From Mytilus edulis (taxonomy: Eukaryota): a stretch of DNA of 64,000 bases. Below are positions 49,471-63,900 of this stretch, piece after piece (position 1 is the first letter of the stretch; every line of letters begins with the position of its first letter). The position numbers were made by a program, and so were the translations under genes. The DNA is taken from NCBI RefSeq assembly GCF_963676685.1, contig NC_092353.1, positions 53,692,001 to 53,756,000 of the forward strand, in the 5' to 3' direction. Under the pieces are notes generated by a model. The model worked only from the letters and a program-made list of their open reading frames with translations. It was not told the DNA's origin and searched no databases.

Positions 49471-50854
49471 TCATTTAGTAGGTCGTATATTTCTATCACG
49501 TTGTTTTCGTCGTCGTGGTCGTCAGCGTCGTTCAAAGACAGATGGTTTCCGGATAATAACTTTAGAATAAATCAATAAAATTGTAACACAAGGTATATAA
49601 CCACTTAAGAAAGGTTGTGATTGATATCCGGGGTAATGGTCCTAACAGTGTATAAATTAAGGATGAGAAAACGGCCCAAATAAGCATTTTTGTGGTGTCC
49701 AGACAATAACTTGTGTAAAAGTGTATGCATCTCTCTGAAATTATATCACAAGTTTACATACTACAAAGGACTTTGCGGGTTAATTGGTCAAACCATGCCA
49801 TTCAGGAGCTAAGGAAACAAAAAAGGGTTTTCTGGTTGAAGGACAATTGAAACAATTGAAAAGCAGTGTAAGGGAGGTAATCCTAATCTATTTTTAAAGA
49901 AAAATGTTTGATTACCTCCATGACACTGCTTGTCAAATATGTATTAAGAAATGATGATTGTCTTGAGGTGATTAGCTGTCAATTTATTTTCAACAGTTAC
50001 TATTAATTGAAATTAATTTTAGCCATGATAATGTATGTCATTTTATATTTTAAGTCCTTTTTTATCTATTAAGATGGTTGCAAACTTCATTAGAAATTTG
50101 AATTGAGGAACTGATCATATCTTTAGGGAATGATTTTTTTTTGGAATAAGGGAAAAGAAGATAAAAATTGGAAAGGGGACATTTTTCTCATTTCAGATTT
50201 CCGAAATTAAAAGAAAAGTTCTTTGAATATTTTTTTCAACAGCTTAGTATATTGCACAAAAGCAAAAAACCTGGGGAAAATTAACAATTGTTTTTTTTTT
50301 GGGGGGGGGGGGGGGGTCAATTCCAAACAGCATAGTGTATTGCACTAAAGCAAAAAAATGAACATAAATTCAAATCGTATATAATTAATTTGAAATTCTT
50401 TGACTACAGAATTTCTGTGTCAGAAACCTATTATGTGTCAAAACTTTAATTACAATTCAAATTCAGAAATGTATCAAGAGTTAATATTGTGTCCATATTG
50501 GCCCGTGCTTTTCAGGGTTAGACATCTGCGATCGTATCTCACTTCGCTCAGGGAAGCAATTTATTTATATATTGATATGGTCACCTGTCATTCTCCCCCC
50601 TGAAGAAAAGAGCCATGTTGAGGGGTAAATACATGCGAGATGTATAAATATACAACCTTGTGCGACAGGAATAGGGAAATTAAAAATGCAATGGAATCAC
50701 GTCAGGTTCTGGATAGGTTGAGGATTCCTATCACCAATTGTTGAGAGGTCTATAGAGAACCTGTTGCGAGGCTACATTTTTTATCCAGTCATAGCATACC
50801 TTATTTTACAAATATACATGACTAACAATACTTATATTTTCTCAAAAAAGAATT

Positions 50855-51190
50855 CAATCGATTACCACAAGTGACTCAACAAACCAAGTCAATATATCAT
50901 GTCAGATTAACGAGTATTTACTGCTAATAACTGCCAACGTGCAGAAGTTTTGAGAAATTAATGTCAGATCTGATTCATGTGATTTTTCTGTTTAGAAACT
51001 AGACAATTCAGAAATCTTACTTTAACATTACAGAAACGTATCAATATAGAGTTGTCATAGGCTGTTCACTGTTTCCTGGTGGTAGGATGGTATTCGACTC
51101 TTATGCTAACTATAAAATAAGAGTACTCAAGGCTGACGGATTAACAGATTTTGAAATAAAGACCATTTGTCCAACGTTTGATGTGATTTT
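50855..51190 (+). pseudogene. Decayed internal fragment of a TRIM-like paralog (copy C)
   Basis: Aligns to ~840-1215 of copy A (caatcgattaccacaagtgactc...ccaacgtttgatgtg) with stops and deletions. Confidence 0.8.
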
Positions 51191-51917
51191 GAGATTAATT
51201 AAGTTGCTATGTTGGCTGTGGCATATGCATGATAAGTCTTATTATAATATTCAAATTCTAGCATGACGTGCTTCGTTTGCTTTGTGAACAAACCCATGCT
51301 CTAAATCCAACAAAATGTGTTTAAACATGCGTATATTTCCTTGCGCTTCTACAGAAGAATGAGTTTTATCAAATTATCATGCACTTAATGTATTTCCTTA
51401 ATTTTAAAACACTTTCAAACTCTTAAATGGTGCATATGGTGTTACATATTCATTTATTATGACTGTAATGTGTTACATTCTGAAAATGACAGATTTTGAC
51501 CTAGATACCACAACCGTTCATGCTGGATGTTCAAACTCCTCCCTCTGAAAAATCATAGTGCCAGCCGTTTGCTTCTTTACAAACAAAAAAGGGAGGTTCA
51601 TGAGAGAGCATATACAAACGCCCTACTTATCAGACAAAGAAATTACCTTAATTGTCCTATTCAGAATCGAAATAATTGATGCAAGCTATACTTTATTGTA
51701 GTTTTAACATGCACGTATAGGCATTATATTCGTGTTATGTAAGCCCTCACTATCGCTCAGGAATAGTGTTTTCTGGTGTGGCTGCCCGTCCGTTCGCCCG
51801 TTCAAAGTAAGGTTTAATATTCGGTTTAATGTAGTTAACTACTAAGTTTGTTGGCTTTCAATTGTTTATCCATGTGATTTTTCGATTCACAAATGGAAGG
51901 ACAGACAAGCCCAGATT

Positions 51918-52700
51918 ATGGTCACTCTTCCAACCAGAGATATCGATAACCTGACTCTGACATTACAGAAACGTATCAATACAAAGTTGTCAGATGTCTC
52001 TGGTTTTTCATTGCTTCCTGGTGAGCGGATGGTATTCTCCTCTAAAACGGACAATACATTTACAGTACTAAAGTCTGACGGGTCAAAAGATTTTGAGATA
52101 AAGAACATTGGTCGAACGTTTGATGTGGTATTTAGTGGTGATGATTATATTGCTGTAACTTCCGGCAATTCAAATCAGATTGATATAATCGACTTAAAGA
52201 AAAAATCAAAGACGAAATCAATAAAAGTTGATTCATTTAATGGTGGAGTAGCATACAAAGATGGATATTTAATATATTGTGCCAGAGAGAAAGGAATACA
52301 GATGATTAGTCTGAATGACGAAACAATTACCAATGTTAACAATACCGAACTTTCAGGTGCTGTTTGCGTTACAACATTCGGTGACCAATTGTTCTACACA
52401 AATTTCAATGACAGCGTAACCTGCTGTGATTACCATGGTCACATACTGTTGACGTTCTGTGATAAAAGTCTTCTGCTGTGTCCGCTAGGTATCTCTGTAG
52501 ACAATGATGGTAACGTGTATGTAGTGGGGAATCGAACTCAAAATGTGGTCGTTATCTCTCCTGATGGACAGCACTCCAGACAACTCATAACAAGTCAAGA
52601 GGGACTAGGAGACCCATGGGCTCTGCATTATGACACATCTACCAATGCATTGTTAGTTGCTGATGTATATCATGACGCATTTTTGTATAATGTTAAATGA
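51918..52700 (+). CDS. 5'-truncated paralog (copy D): open beta-propeller-only ORF, 260 aa; may be a pseudogene
   Basis: Homology starts ~51868 (atccatgtgattt); the ORF from the linker Met to the stop is uninterrupted. Confidence 0.65.
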   Translation: MVTLPTRDIDNLTLTLQKRINTKLSDVSGFSLLPGERMVFSSKTDNTFTVLKSDGSKDFEIKNIGRTFDVVFSGDDYIAVTSGNSNQIDIIDLKKKSKTKSIKVDSFNGGVAYKDGYLIYCAREKGIQMISLNDETITNVNNTELSGAVCVTTFGDQLFYTNFNDSVTCCDYHGHILLTFCDKSLLLCPLGISVDNDGNVYVVGNRTQNVVVISPDGQHSRQLITSQEGLGDPWALHYDTSTNALLVADVYHDAFLYNVK

Positions 52701-54149
52701 TAAGAAATGAAGAATGAGTTATCCAGAATTAAACTTTGCTGATTAAACATATTGTTCATATCTCCTTTACTAGCATGATTTTGAATTAATTATATTACTG
52801 TTGTCTGATCTAATTTCCTTAAAGTTTTTATATGTTATTTTAGGATCTTCTAACGCTTCCAGAGATGTAAGGGTCACTCCGTTTTTTAGAGATCCATGTT
52901 GCGCAGTCTTAAATTTTATATGTTATGTTATATGTTTGTTAATATTTGGCCCATCTTCGGTCTTTTTGTTTTTTGAACTGGCGTTGTCTGGTTATTTTCG
53001 AATTATGAGGTTGGCACATTTCTTTCGCTATCAACATTTAATCCTAGATTTCTTTGGTGGATAACTCGTTATAATCTTCATTAAGGTTGCTAAGAATACC
53101 AAATATAAACAAAAGAATATGTGGTATGATTACTAACGAGATATCTCATCACAAGAGACCAAATGACACAGAAATTAACATTTATAGTTCATCGTACGGC
53201 CTGTAACACATAGCAAAGCCCATACCGCATAGTCGGCTATATAAGGTTTGTTTTAATATTGAAAAAAACATATCAGTTCAATTTATAATAAAGTAGATCG
53301 AAGGGAAAAGAGATACACAGATAGCAAAAATATTTTCATAAACAGATAGCAAAGTATCTTCAATCTAATATAAATACAAAGTGATTCTTATTTTTTGAAG
53401 ATTGAAAATGAAATATTAACAAAACATATACAAATATTTGTTTACTTTAGTTGAATAAAAATAATAAGGTGGCGAACCCGGAGAAAAGCATAACCACTGA
53501 GGATTCATTATAACTCGTGGGGTACGTATTTTAGGGGATTTTGTTGTTATAGATATACCGCGAATAACATTTTCAGTGAAGATTATATTTGTAAGGATGT
53601 AACCACAATTTGATAAAATAACATTTAAAAAATTGAGCTGCGTGATATACGTTAATGAGACAAGAACCCAACCACAAGATATACCAAAGATACACCAGCA
53701 GGCATTTCAATATACATACAACAAGATGATGACCTATTGGTGACCTTGTGCTGTTGAATGTTCTGTGGTCGGGTTGTTGTCTCTTTGACACATTTCCCAT
53801 TTCCATTCTAAATTTTATTAAGTGAGACCAAAAACCATCATCGAAACTAATGTAACGACATCTACCTATGAATGATATAAGGTGTCTGGTAAATACATAT
53901 AAGACAGAAACCCATCGAAAAATTGAGTGAACACAGTTCATTACGAATAATAGAAAGTATCATGACATAATTTAGACAACACCGCATCGACGAAATAAAC
54001 CAAAAGAGATGTAAATATAATTATAAGAAGAAGTCGTGTAATTGCATTTGAGACAAAAACTCATGGACAACATACATCTACAAAATTTAATTTTAGGAGT
54101 TACCAAATGTCAAAATAATAAATAAGAATCAATACACATAAACTACTGT

Positions 54150-54950
54150 GTTTGATTATCACTAAGGAAGGTCAGTCATGATTGTCAATAAGACGACGGG
54201 CTATATATGAATGTCAATTCGGAAACGTGGCATTCTTTTTATGTAAAAAGGTAAAAGTATGATAATCAATAATGGAATGTAGTATGATGGTAAAAAAAGA
54301 AGTTGTAAGATTTTAGATATATATAGATAGATGATTGATTGTCAACAATGAGGTATGGCAGGATTATTAATTAGTAGAGTAGATTCCTTATCATTTATAT
54401 AAGGAGATGTTGCTTGCTTGTCAATTAGGATATTTGGTTTCATTATCCTTAACATGATTAAGGAAATGTAGCTTGAAGGTCAAGGTGAATATTTGGTTTC
54501 ATCATCATTTGTGAGGTGTGTTTCATTATTATTTGTGAGATGCGGTTTCATTATCATTTGTGAGATGTAGTTAAATTGTCGATACAAAGATGTTGCGTGA
54601 TTGTCATTGAGAAGATTTAGCTGGATTGTCAATATGGAGATGTAGCTGAATTGTCAATAAGGAGATGTGACTTGGAGAACACTAGTGAGATGTGGCTTGA
54701 CTGTCATTTAGGATCTGTGGTTTGATTGTCAGTAATTAAAGTGACGTGCTATGATTATCAAGACATAAATCATAAAATGTGGTTTGATTGTCAATGCTGA
54801 AATGTGGTTTGATTGTCAATAATAAGATGTGGTATGGTTGTCTATAAGGAGATGTGGTATGGTTGTCTATAAGGAGATGTGGTATGGTTGTCAATAAAAA
54901 TATGTGGTATAATTGTTTATAAGGAGATGTTTTATGATTGTAAATTAAGC
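54150..54950 (+). repeat. Third array of the 25 bp minisatellite
   Basis: aaggagatgtggtatggttgtctat units, clearest at 54770-54945. Confidence 0.8.
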
Positions 54951-56757
54951 GACAACTTTGTCTGCTTTGATTCTTGTAGATATTGATTCGATATATTGAG
55001 TTTTTTTTTTATTATGGCAAGATAAACATCAAGATACAATTTTGTTCCGGGCTGATGATTTTGTGCAGAGTAACATGTATGGTCCTTTGAATTTGAAAAT
55101 CACTCAGATCATCACTTTTCCGTATTAGATCAAGTTTGAATTTGTTCCAATACAATGTTTTTGAACCGGTAGAGGACTATATGTTGCCATACACTATTCA
55201 CATAATGCTGGTTTTTTTTTTTGGAATTGGCTAATTTTGGGGTACATAGTTTAAGAAATGTGTCTGGTGACCCAACCTACCAAGATTGTCATCTTGGCTT
55301 AAAATATAACAAAAAATATATTCAAGATTTGTCTATGATTTCGAAAACTGCTATTAGTAGAGAAACTGACAGGACAGAATGTCGAGCTCTACTTTTTGCT
55401 CTAACTGTCAAAACTGTAACATGTATAAGACTTATGGTAGTCACTGCTTTTTTTCTTCAATTTTGCTTATTATCATTATATCTTATTACTATAACATGTA
55501 TAATAGATACAGAAAAACCTGCAGTTACACGAATGATCAATAAGACAAGTTCTACAAATAACTCGAATGGTTGAACTCATTAGTTAATTACTCATAACAG
55601 TAAATGCCTTTTGATGACTAATTTAAAAATTACCATACTTGTAGTTTGTTTGTTTTTTTTTTTTTTTTTGTCTTAGATCGTCATTATCATCATATACATA
55701 ATATATAATTCGATAAGCAAAAATTATCAGCAGGATAACAATGGAATGAAAAAAATCCTATAAAGATGTTTGAAAAGTCTGTTGGTAGGCTTTGAAGTCT
55801 TTTTTGAAGATTTTTGTATTTCTTTTAAGAAATTATTCTATAGGCTATAGCTATTTAATTATCAAAATGTAGCACTATTTAGTATATTGGTAGGTTGCAA
55901 ATGTTCAACTGGTTTAAGCTATTACTTTTAAAGATAGATATTAAATTGCATGATAAGACGGGTAGGTGTTTCTTAATACATAGTTTTTTTTATCTAATTT
56001 TATTTTTCTATATATTTTTTAATGATTTGAATGTTGGCGATTTTAGAAAAGAGGTGGTACTTGTTTGAAAGATTAAAACCTGTCAAATAGGGGTACCTGT
56101 TAAAATCATTCGGAAGTTTGGGAAGTTGTCGATCAGGATTAATCCTTATTATGGGATTATATCTATATATTACATCCGAAAAGTTTGGCGAACAGTACTG
56201 TTCAGAACGTTTTCAAATATGGTGAAGTTGGCGAATATGGGTACTGTTTAGAATGATGGCAATATTGGCGAAGTTGACGAACAGAGGTACTGTTCAGAAT
56301 GTTAGCGGCGTTGCGAAATTGGCAAACAAGGGTCCTGTTCAGAATGATTGCGACTTGGCACACAGGTTGTCGGGTTGTCGAACATTTCCAAAATCCTGTA
56401 CCCGCCGGCCAAACAAGAAAAAAAGTAAATAAGGAGAATTTGCCTATTCAAGGCATCAAGAGAAAAAATAGGATTGTCATGGGAAATGACCTTATACATT
56501 TTGTAAAGGCGAAACATACGCATCGTATCACCAGCCCGGTAGCCAGTACTTCGGTAATGGCATGAAAATACGGATTTTTTTTGTGTTATTAAACTTTGCT
56601 GTTACAAAATGATAGAAATTATTATAAATTAAGGAATGTATCTCCCTCATGCAAAGCTCTGATTCCTTTCACGGATTTAGCTATACTTTTTGGACCTTTT
56701 GGATTATAGCTCTTCCTCTTTTATATAAGCTTTGGATTTCAAATATTTTGGCCACGA

Positions 56758-56801
56758 GCATCACTGAAGAGACATGTATTGTCGAAATGCGCATCTGGTG
56801 T
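56758..56801 (+). ncRNA. Minimal type I hammerhead ribozyme 1
   Basis: gcatca-CTGAAGA-gaca tgtat tgtc-GAAA-tgcgca-TC^-tggtgt; predicted cleavage after 56795. Confidence 0.85.
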
Positions 56802-57115
56802 AAGAAAATTGATACCGTTAATTTTATTACTATCACTGGGTCGATGCCTCTGCTGGTGGACTATTAGTCCGCGAGAGTATCACCAGCCCAGTAGCCAGTA
56901 CTTCGGTACTGGCATGAAAATACGGATTTTTTTTGTGTTATTAAAATTTGATGTTACAAAATGATAGAAATTATTATAAATTAAGGAATGTATCTCCCTC
57001 ATGCAAAGATCTAGATCTGATTCCTTTCACGGATTTGGCTATACTTTTTGGACCTTTTGGATCATAGCTCTTCATCTTTTATATAAGCTTTGGATTTCAA
57101 ATATTTTGGCCACGA

Positions 57116-57159
57116 GCATCACTGAAGAGACATGTATTGTCGAAATGCGCATCTGGTGC
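57116..57159 (+). ncRNA. Minimal type I hammerhead ribozyme 2
   Basis: Same fold, stem I gcatca/tggtgc; predicted cleavage after 57153. Confidence 0.85.
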
Positions 57160-59049
57160 AAGAAAATTGATACCGTTAATTTAATTGCACAATGTTTCGA
57201 GTGGCGCTATCTCTCCAAAGTTCCAAAATCTAAAACTAGGTATAAAAATGGGGAAATATAAATAGGAAAAAAATCAAGAGTGAGCAAGAGAAATTCGTGA
57301 TCTATCATGTTATTTCTAAAACAACTATGTTTGCTGTAAGGTGTTCTATCTCCTGCAGTGCTCTTTTTATTTAAAGTGCTTGTCTAAACAACATGTTCAA
57401 AAGACGATTCAACAAAGAGTTTTTCCTCATGTTCGTAAGTTCAATTCCTACATAAAGTTTTTTTTTATTTCTGTCAATTATTAAATATGATATTGATTTT
57501 TTAAACGTCATGTTCAATTTCACAAAAATTTGAAAACAACAACAACACATCATAACACTCAAACGGCGATAGAATGAGTTATAATGCGATTGACGTTAAT
57601 ATTAGATAACAAATTATGCATTACATAGAACATTACTTTTTAAAAGGCTGAGGACCAAAAAGCATGAAATTGTTTAATCAGTTATTAGTCTGTCAACTTA
57701 ATATGCAATAAAAATGCATGTTTTTACTCCTTTTAATTTCCTTAAAACTTTGCTTGATTATATTACTTACAAACTGACATTCAATATCCAGTGATTATTA
57801 ATTTAAAAAGAAATGTCAAACTATACCAAATAAAAATCCAAACTCATAAATTGAAAATAAATAGACAACGTCATGGCAAAAAAAAAAAGGACAAAATACA
57901 AACAACAATACAAAAACACAGCATATAAACCAAAATAAAAAAGATATGGTATGATTGCCAATTAGACAGCTTTATACAAGAAACCAAATGAAACAGGCAT
58001 TTACAACGTACGACCATCAACAATGAGTATAACCTACACCATATAATCAGCTATAAAATGCCCCGAAATGACAAATGTTACGAGAACACTATCGGACTCA
58101 TTTGTGTACAAAACAAAGAATGAAAAACGAATAATATTTGTTTACAGCAACAAATGTCAGTCAAAGAATAACAGGATTCTGTTTTTAAACAGGCATCTAT
58201 ATAATGAGGACAGTGTTAAACTTGTTTGGAGGCTCCAACCCTCCTCTAACGTAGGACAGTGGCGTAACAGTACAACATAAGGAACACACTATGAAAAGAG
58301 TTGAAAAAGGTATCTCATTAGATGTATACAAAGCAGAAATACATTTCACAAAAACACAGAGTAGACGTTACAGGATACTTATGCACCCCTTTTCTAAAAA
58401 AGCAAGTGAGTAACCATGCACTCATGGTCAATAGCGATCCTTTTGCATTGTATTATCATTACATTCTTCAATTATATAAAATCAATATTGGAACAACAAA
58501 TTACACTTAAGCAAAGCAATAAAGGTTCAATATGCTTTTATATTCTTCAATTCGTAAAACTTTTTGTCTGTTGTTTGTATCAATAGATTTGTTTTTCAAG
58601 TTTTGTTCAACTTTTATGACCCTTTTAGACAAATTTTGTAAATCCTTTATATACATCTTATAAACAAAACATGACCTCTTATCCGAGTTATTGGCCTTCA
58701 ATTTCAATTTCAATTTCAGAACTTTGTTCTCTTGAATTATGTCATTGTCTTGAATGTGACTGAAGGTAATGAATTATAGTAGGGAAAATTATAGGAAAAA
58801 TAAAAACTCAAAAACAATATCAACCAATGTCCATATAATTTGATTCGGGTGTTGTGCTTTAAGATTAAATTTCAAGTTAAGTCTGTTTATTGAAGGTGTT
58901 TGAAATTTAAAAAAAAAGATAGAAATAGTCAATGGCAACATTTAAAGGTAAATACTTATCTATAAAAATACAAATACAATGAATGACTGAGATAATAAAT
59001 TGACTCCTTATGCAAGTTAATATAAATAAAAATGTCATAAAACAGAAGA

Positions 59050-60900
59050 ACTCTGACAGAAAATTCCACACTAAAATTTACGACAAAAGGGACGATTTTT
59101 CGTTCCCTATTATTAATTTTCCCTTTTTGGATGGTGATGTTCATTTGGCACCATCCTACAGTGTTTATAGTTCACAACTTGTTCCCTATGCTCGTGTTTG
59201 TTGTGACGTTTTTGATTTTAACGACCGTAGTCTATGAATTACAGGTAAATTAAAAAGCCGGGGATTTCGTTTAATACCACAAATTACCTAAAACGTTTAC
59301 TTAATTCTTCCATAGATATAAATATTTGGTTTTGAAGTTTGGTTGTACATGTAGAAAAATTATTTTAAACGGGTTAGCCCGTCCTCATTTTTTTGGAAAT
59401 GTTGTCTACCGTGCCCGGAAATCTAGAAACCATCCAGGTAAACTTTTCGATCCGTTTATTTTAGTTATTCTTAAAGTTTACCAATTAAACACTGTAATTT
59501 TATCAATGCATATTGTTTGTATTGGTTTTAATTTTGATTTTCTTCTCAGTAAATTCAAAGCAAATTACACATTATTGTGTTATACATCTACACATTCATG
59601 GATCTACAATCTGTTGATATCTGTCTCTTGGCATTGTACAGGGTCAGGTTTTTTCTGTCTGATTATGACGTATTGACTCTAAATCCATTTGATGTTGGAT
59701 ATGTACTAATTGATTATCTCGTCATAGATGCATGATTGTTCAGTGGATGATAGTGGCGTTAAACTTGTTGTCAGTAACAACGACATTGCACAGGGTCATG
59801 TTTTTTCTGTCTGATTATGACGTATTGACTCTAAATCCATTTGATGTTGGATATGTACTAATTGATTATCTAGTCATAGATGCATGATTGTTCAGTAGAT
59901 GATAGTGGCGTTAAACTTGTTGTCAGTAACAACGAGTACTCTCAAATCAGTACTCTGTAATTTCAATTAAGAACAGTAAAAGTTTGAAATGGTATGTACA
60001 AGTACCCGTCCACGTCCACTTGTGTTTATATCTATTTGATGAGTTCAGCCTTTAGCAATTGATTTTTGTAGTTCGTTCTGATGTTGTACTGTTACACCAC
60101 TGCCCAGGTTATGGGGAGGGTGGAAATCCCGCTAACATGTTCAACCCCGCCACATTCTGCATGTATGTGCCTGTCCCAAGTCAGGAGCCTGCAATTCGTG
60201 GTTGTCGTTTGTTTGTTTGTTACATATTTGTTTTTTCTTCATTTTGTGTTTATTAATTAGGCAGTTTGTTTTTGTCGTTTGAATTGTTTTACATTGTCAT
60301 TTCGGGGCCTTTTACAGCTGACAATGTTGTATCGGATTTTCTCATTGTTAAAGGTTGTACTTTGTAAATACAGCTGTCTCTCAAAACACGCCTCTTTTGG
60401 GGAGATCTTGAATATTCATAGAAAATAATTTTGTTAACATATACTGGTTCCCAGTTATGCTCTCTGTGTTCCATCTCACAGAGATATAATATGGGAATGT
60501 TACCAGTAAATTTACATTTGCATATTGTTTACATTGAAATGTGTGGTAACCTTTTATTCGAGGTAGTGGTAGTTCAGAAATTAGTGTTAGTTTAAACTCT
60601 GAGAAGTTCAGGGCATGTAAACGTTAAAAATATGCCGCACAGCCCTATATTTTGACAATAGAAAAAAATGGTGGTGCATATGAGCTTTTAATTCTAGGAT
60701 AAGATTTTGTTTCAAAACTTCTAAGCAAAAGTGGTACAGTTTTAGCCGTAAAAGGAGTTCCTATGGGAAACTGCATTTTCAATATTTACAGAAATGCAAC
60801 CTATAGGCCGTACGGGGACCTATAGTTGTTAATTTATGTGTCATTTTTGTCTGTTGTGGAGAGTTGTCTAATTTGCAATCATACCACATCTTCTTTATTT
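59050..60900 (+). mobile_element. 5'-truncated Penelope-like element remnant (end of RT) with its 3' region
   Basis: KIYDKRDDFSFPIINFPFLDGDV.LAPSY.VYSSQLV.YARVC resembles the PLE RT C-terminal region, then stops and frameshifts. The 3' tail ends in caatcataccacatcttc and is interrupted at ~60360-60806. Confidence 0.7.
59632..59935 (+). repeat. 152 bp tandem duplication
   Basis: 59632-59783 repeats at 59784-59935 with few substitutions. Confidence 0.85.
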
Positions 60901-63900
60901 ATACATCTGTACTCGGCTGTACTGATTTTCATTCGTACAGTCTGCTTTGGTCTGCATTTTACTTGACATTACTCGACCCCAGTCTATACCATACTCAACC
61001 GCACTGATTTGTACTTTGCCTTTGAAAATACTAGTAGTTTGAACTATTACTCGACCAGTATTAAACAGTTTTAACCCGTTCTCGACCTGTATTCGACCTA
61101 CTTTTTTCAGTCTTAACCATACTCAACTAAAAGAATGACCACTCTGAACCGTTCTTGACTAAGAAAACTTTACTTTTTGTTTTGATGTTTTAAAACTGTT
61201 AGAATAAATATCTTTTTAACTGACATGACATGACAACAGCAATAACAAATATGAAGATACATTTATAGATTTTAAAATTCTTACATAAGACGATCGACTA
61301 ATATTTAGCAAACAGATATTGTTTAATCAGAGACATATAATTCAATTGTATATATCAAATTATCTTATATAATAATTTTTATTATAGTAATTTTTTTTTT
61401 AAGTTTTGAAAAAAAAAAAAAAAATCATAAAAATTAACACCTTTGATGATGGTAATAATACCTTATTAAAGGGAAACTTCGCAAAAAAATCAAAAATTGA
61501 TATTATGTTTATTCTGTATAAAAATGCTCAAATTCATAGATATTAAAGTTTTATTCTGCTAGATAAGAGATCACCATCGATTTTAAATTTAGAGTATCAA
61601 TTCTCTGCGGTCGGCCATTTTGTCACCTTCTCCGATTTGCAGTCAAGATATGTCTAAGGACCAAAACTACAGTAACCCGATGTAGTCGTAATTGCGTGTC
61701 GATATCTCGTCAATCGTACGGTTGTTTTATCCGACTAGATAACTAACTTGATACGGAAAATTTTATTCTTTTTTTAAATAATCAGGATCTGTTATTTTTA
61801 GACTGATAATATAGGAATTAGTGAAAAAGTTAAAATTTCAAATCATAAATAAGTCTTTCGTGAAACTTGAATTGTTTTCGGAAATCTAATTAGTTCATAA
61901 TTCTTTTATGTAATAAACTTTATTCAAATAAATTAGGATCTTCGCTCCACTGATCACCCGCATGGCTAAAGGTATTACTCCCAAAGGTATTGGAGGGGGT
62001 GTGAGGTGACACGTCCAGGTATTCAAGCGATTTCCTGTCGAGTTTGCAAATTCATGCATCGTTTCACTTCTTAGTGTATTGATAAGTGTACACGGCCGAT
62101 AACTTTTAACTTTCCATTTTGAACTATAAGGTGTATAATATACATCTCTATCTTGCGTGTCCGAAAGTGATATTACTAAACTCATACGCTTGTTTATGAA
62201 TAACATTTCTGGTGAAAAGAAATTTATTTATAAAATATAAATAATACCAAAAAAAAAAAAAAAACAGATTTGATGAAATAAAAATCTAATACGTATTTTT
62301 TCCAAGTGTAAATTTGGTAAATTGTAATATATACTCATTGTCAATGGTGAAGGCCAGAAATATTGTTTTAAAAAAATGTACGCACTTGTCGATCATTCGT
62401 ATATACGCCTGGATTATAAGTTACGGAACTATAGCGCAAATTAAAATATATACATGTATACATAGAACATAAGAAAGAAACATACATTTTGCGTAAATTG
62501 GGGTAAAAGTTTTGTAAAATGACAAGTTCACGTATGCCAACAGTATGTAATCATCAAATGTCGATAGACTATTGTATACCAAAAGAAGAAGAAGAAGAGA
62601 TTTAAATACTGGTCGATATATAACTTTATTTGGCTCATCGAAGTTATGGACATTTATATATCAATTAGATTGTTCTCGAAAAAAGGAAGAAATTCGCCAT
62701 CATCACAATTGTTCCGACATGCATGTAATATATATACGCAACTGGAAGTACACTTATACCGAGGGATGTGAATATTTTCCAGGAAAACTATAGAGTATCA
62801 AAGTTTCAAATCAATTTCGGGATTTATTTTCTCTCTTGATATTCAATGACAGCAATTTGCAGAATAAACTGCTTGTCCGCTTTACTGGTATTCTTGCCAG
62901 TTGAAACAGACTTATAATTACATTAAAAAATAGGGAAAGATGACATTTAATTCGTTCATTTTTTTTTATACATCGTTGGTCACATAGCTAAAGTATTATA
63001 TATAGTTACGGTGTGAGACGAAGAGTATTTTAAGAAGGACATTCCCGATTATGTATAAATTTTATTGATGTTTTTCACACTTGAAAAGCATATCTGTTCG
63101 TAATTTGTTGATTCCATTCCAATTAGATCTTTTAATTTCCTGTCAATTCTTTAAAACATCTTTTTTTCAAATATCTGAAGTATTCATGTGTTGTGAGATT
63201 TAAAATATTTTGATGAGCACATTAATTCCTAAATATGTAATTAAAGATCACTTTGGATTGACTAAAATATATAATTGCAATTGTTAATGATCTGTTTGAA
63301 ATATTTAAGGCTGCCGATCCTAATTTGAAATAGTACAATTTTTAGTTCATAAACTCGTGTTTAGAAGGCTATTTTTATTTATAAATACTTCAATTAAAAT
63401 AATTCAGTATTTGATCGTTACTAAAGTATTCAAAAGTCATAATTCATTAAAAGTGATCTTATGCAAAATATAAAAATATACAATAGCTATCCAGTTATTG
63501 TGCGATCTTATTATTCCCGTTAATTAATTTTAATTATTTTTTTTTACATTCATGTGTCTGAAACTTTGTCTGACTCCCGTTTACAATTGATACGAAATGT
63601 TCTTCACACCTGAAATGCCAGTGAACCGTGACGCCTAGATTTCACTGAATGAGGATCAAAAGATTAGAATTACATAATGCTAATCTTTTAATTACCTTGA
63701 GTTAAACTACGCATTCCACATTCTTTAGGTGTCACAAAACAATACACATTTTATTGTTTCCACCGTACAAGCAAGTGAAAATGATTGCTGGAATGAAGCA
63801 AAAAGGTTAGAATACAAACATGTATTTTTAATACACTATCGATCATGTCAGTTTCATATGTTTGTTTAAAGTATTTTTAGAAAAAAAAATTCATAAAAAT

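Larger units (their letters stand above)
56525..57183 (+). mobile_element. Tandem non-LTR retrozyme (~1.8 units) with two minimal hammerhead ribozymes
   Basis: gtatcaccagccc...gataccgttaattt occurs twice, each copy with a hammerhead core. Confidence 0.85.

Noticed and set aside
61466-62100. Possible TTAA-flanked (Kolobok/piggyBac-like) element starting ttaaagggaaac; similar lone ends near 40700 and 43730
   Set aside because: No matching opposite terminus could be found by eye.
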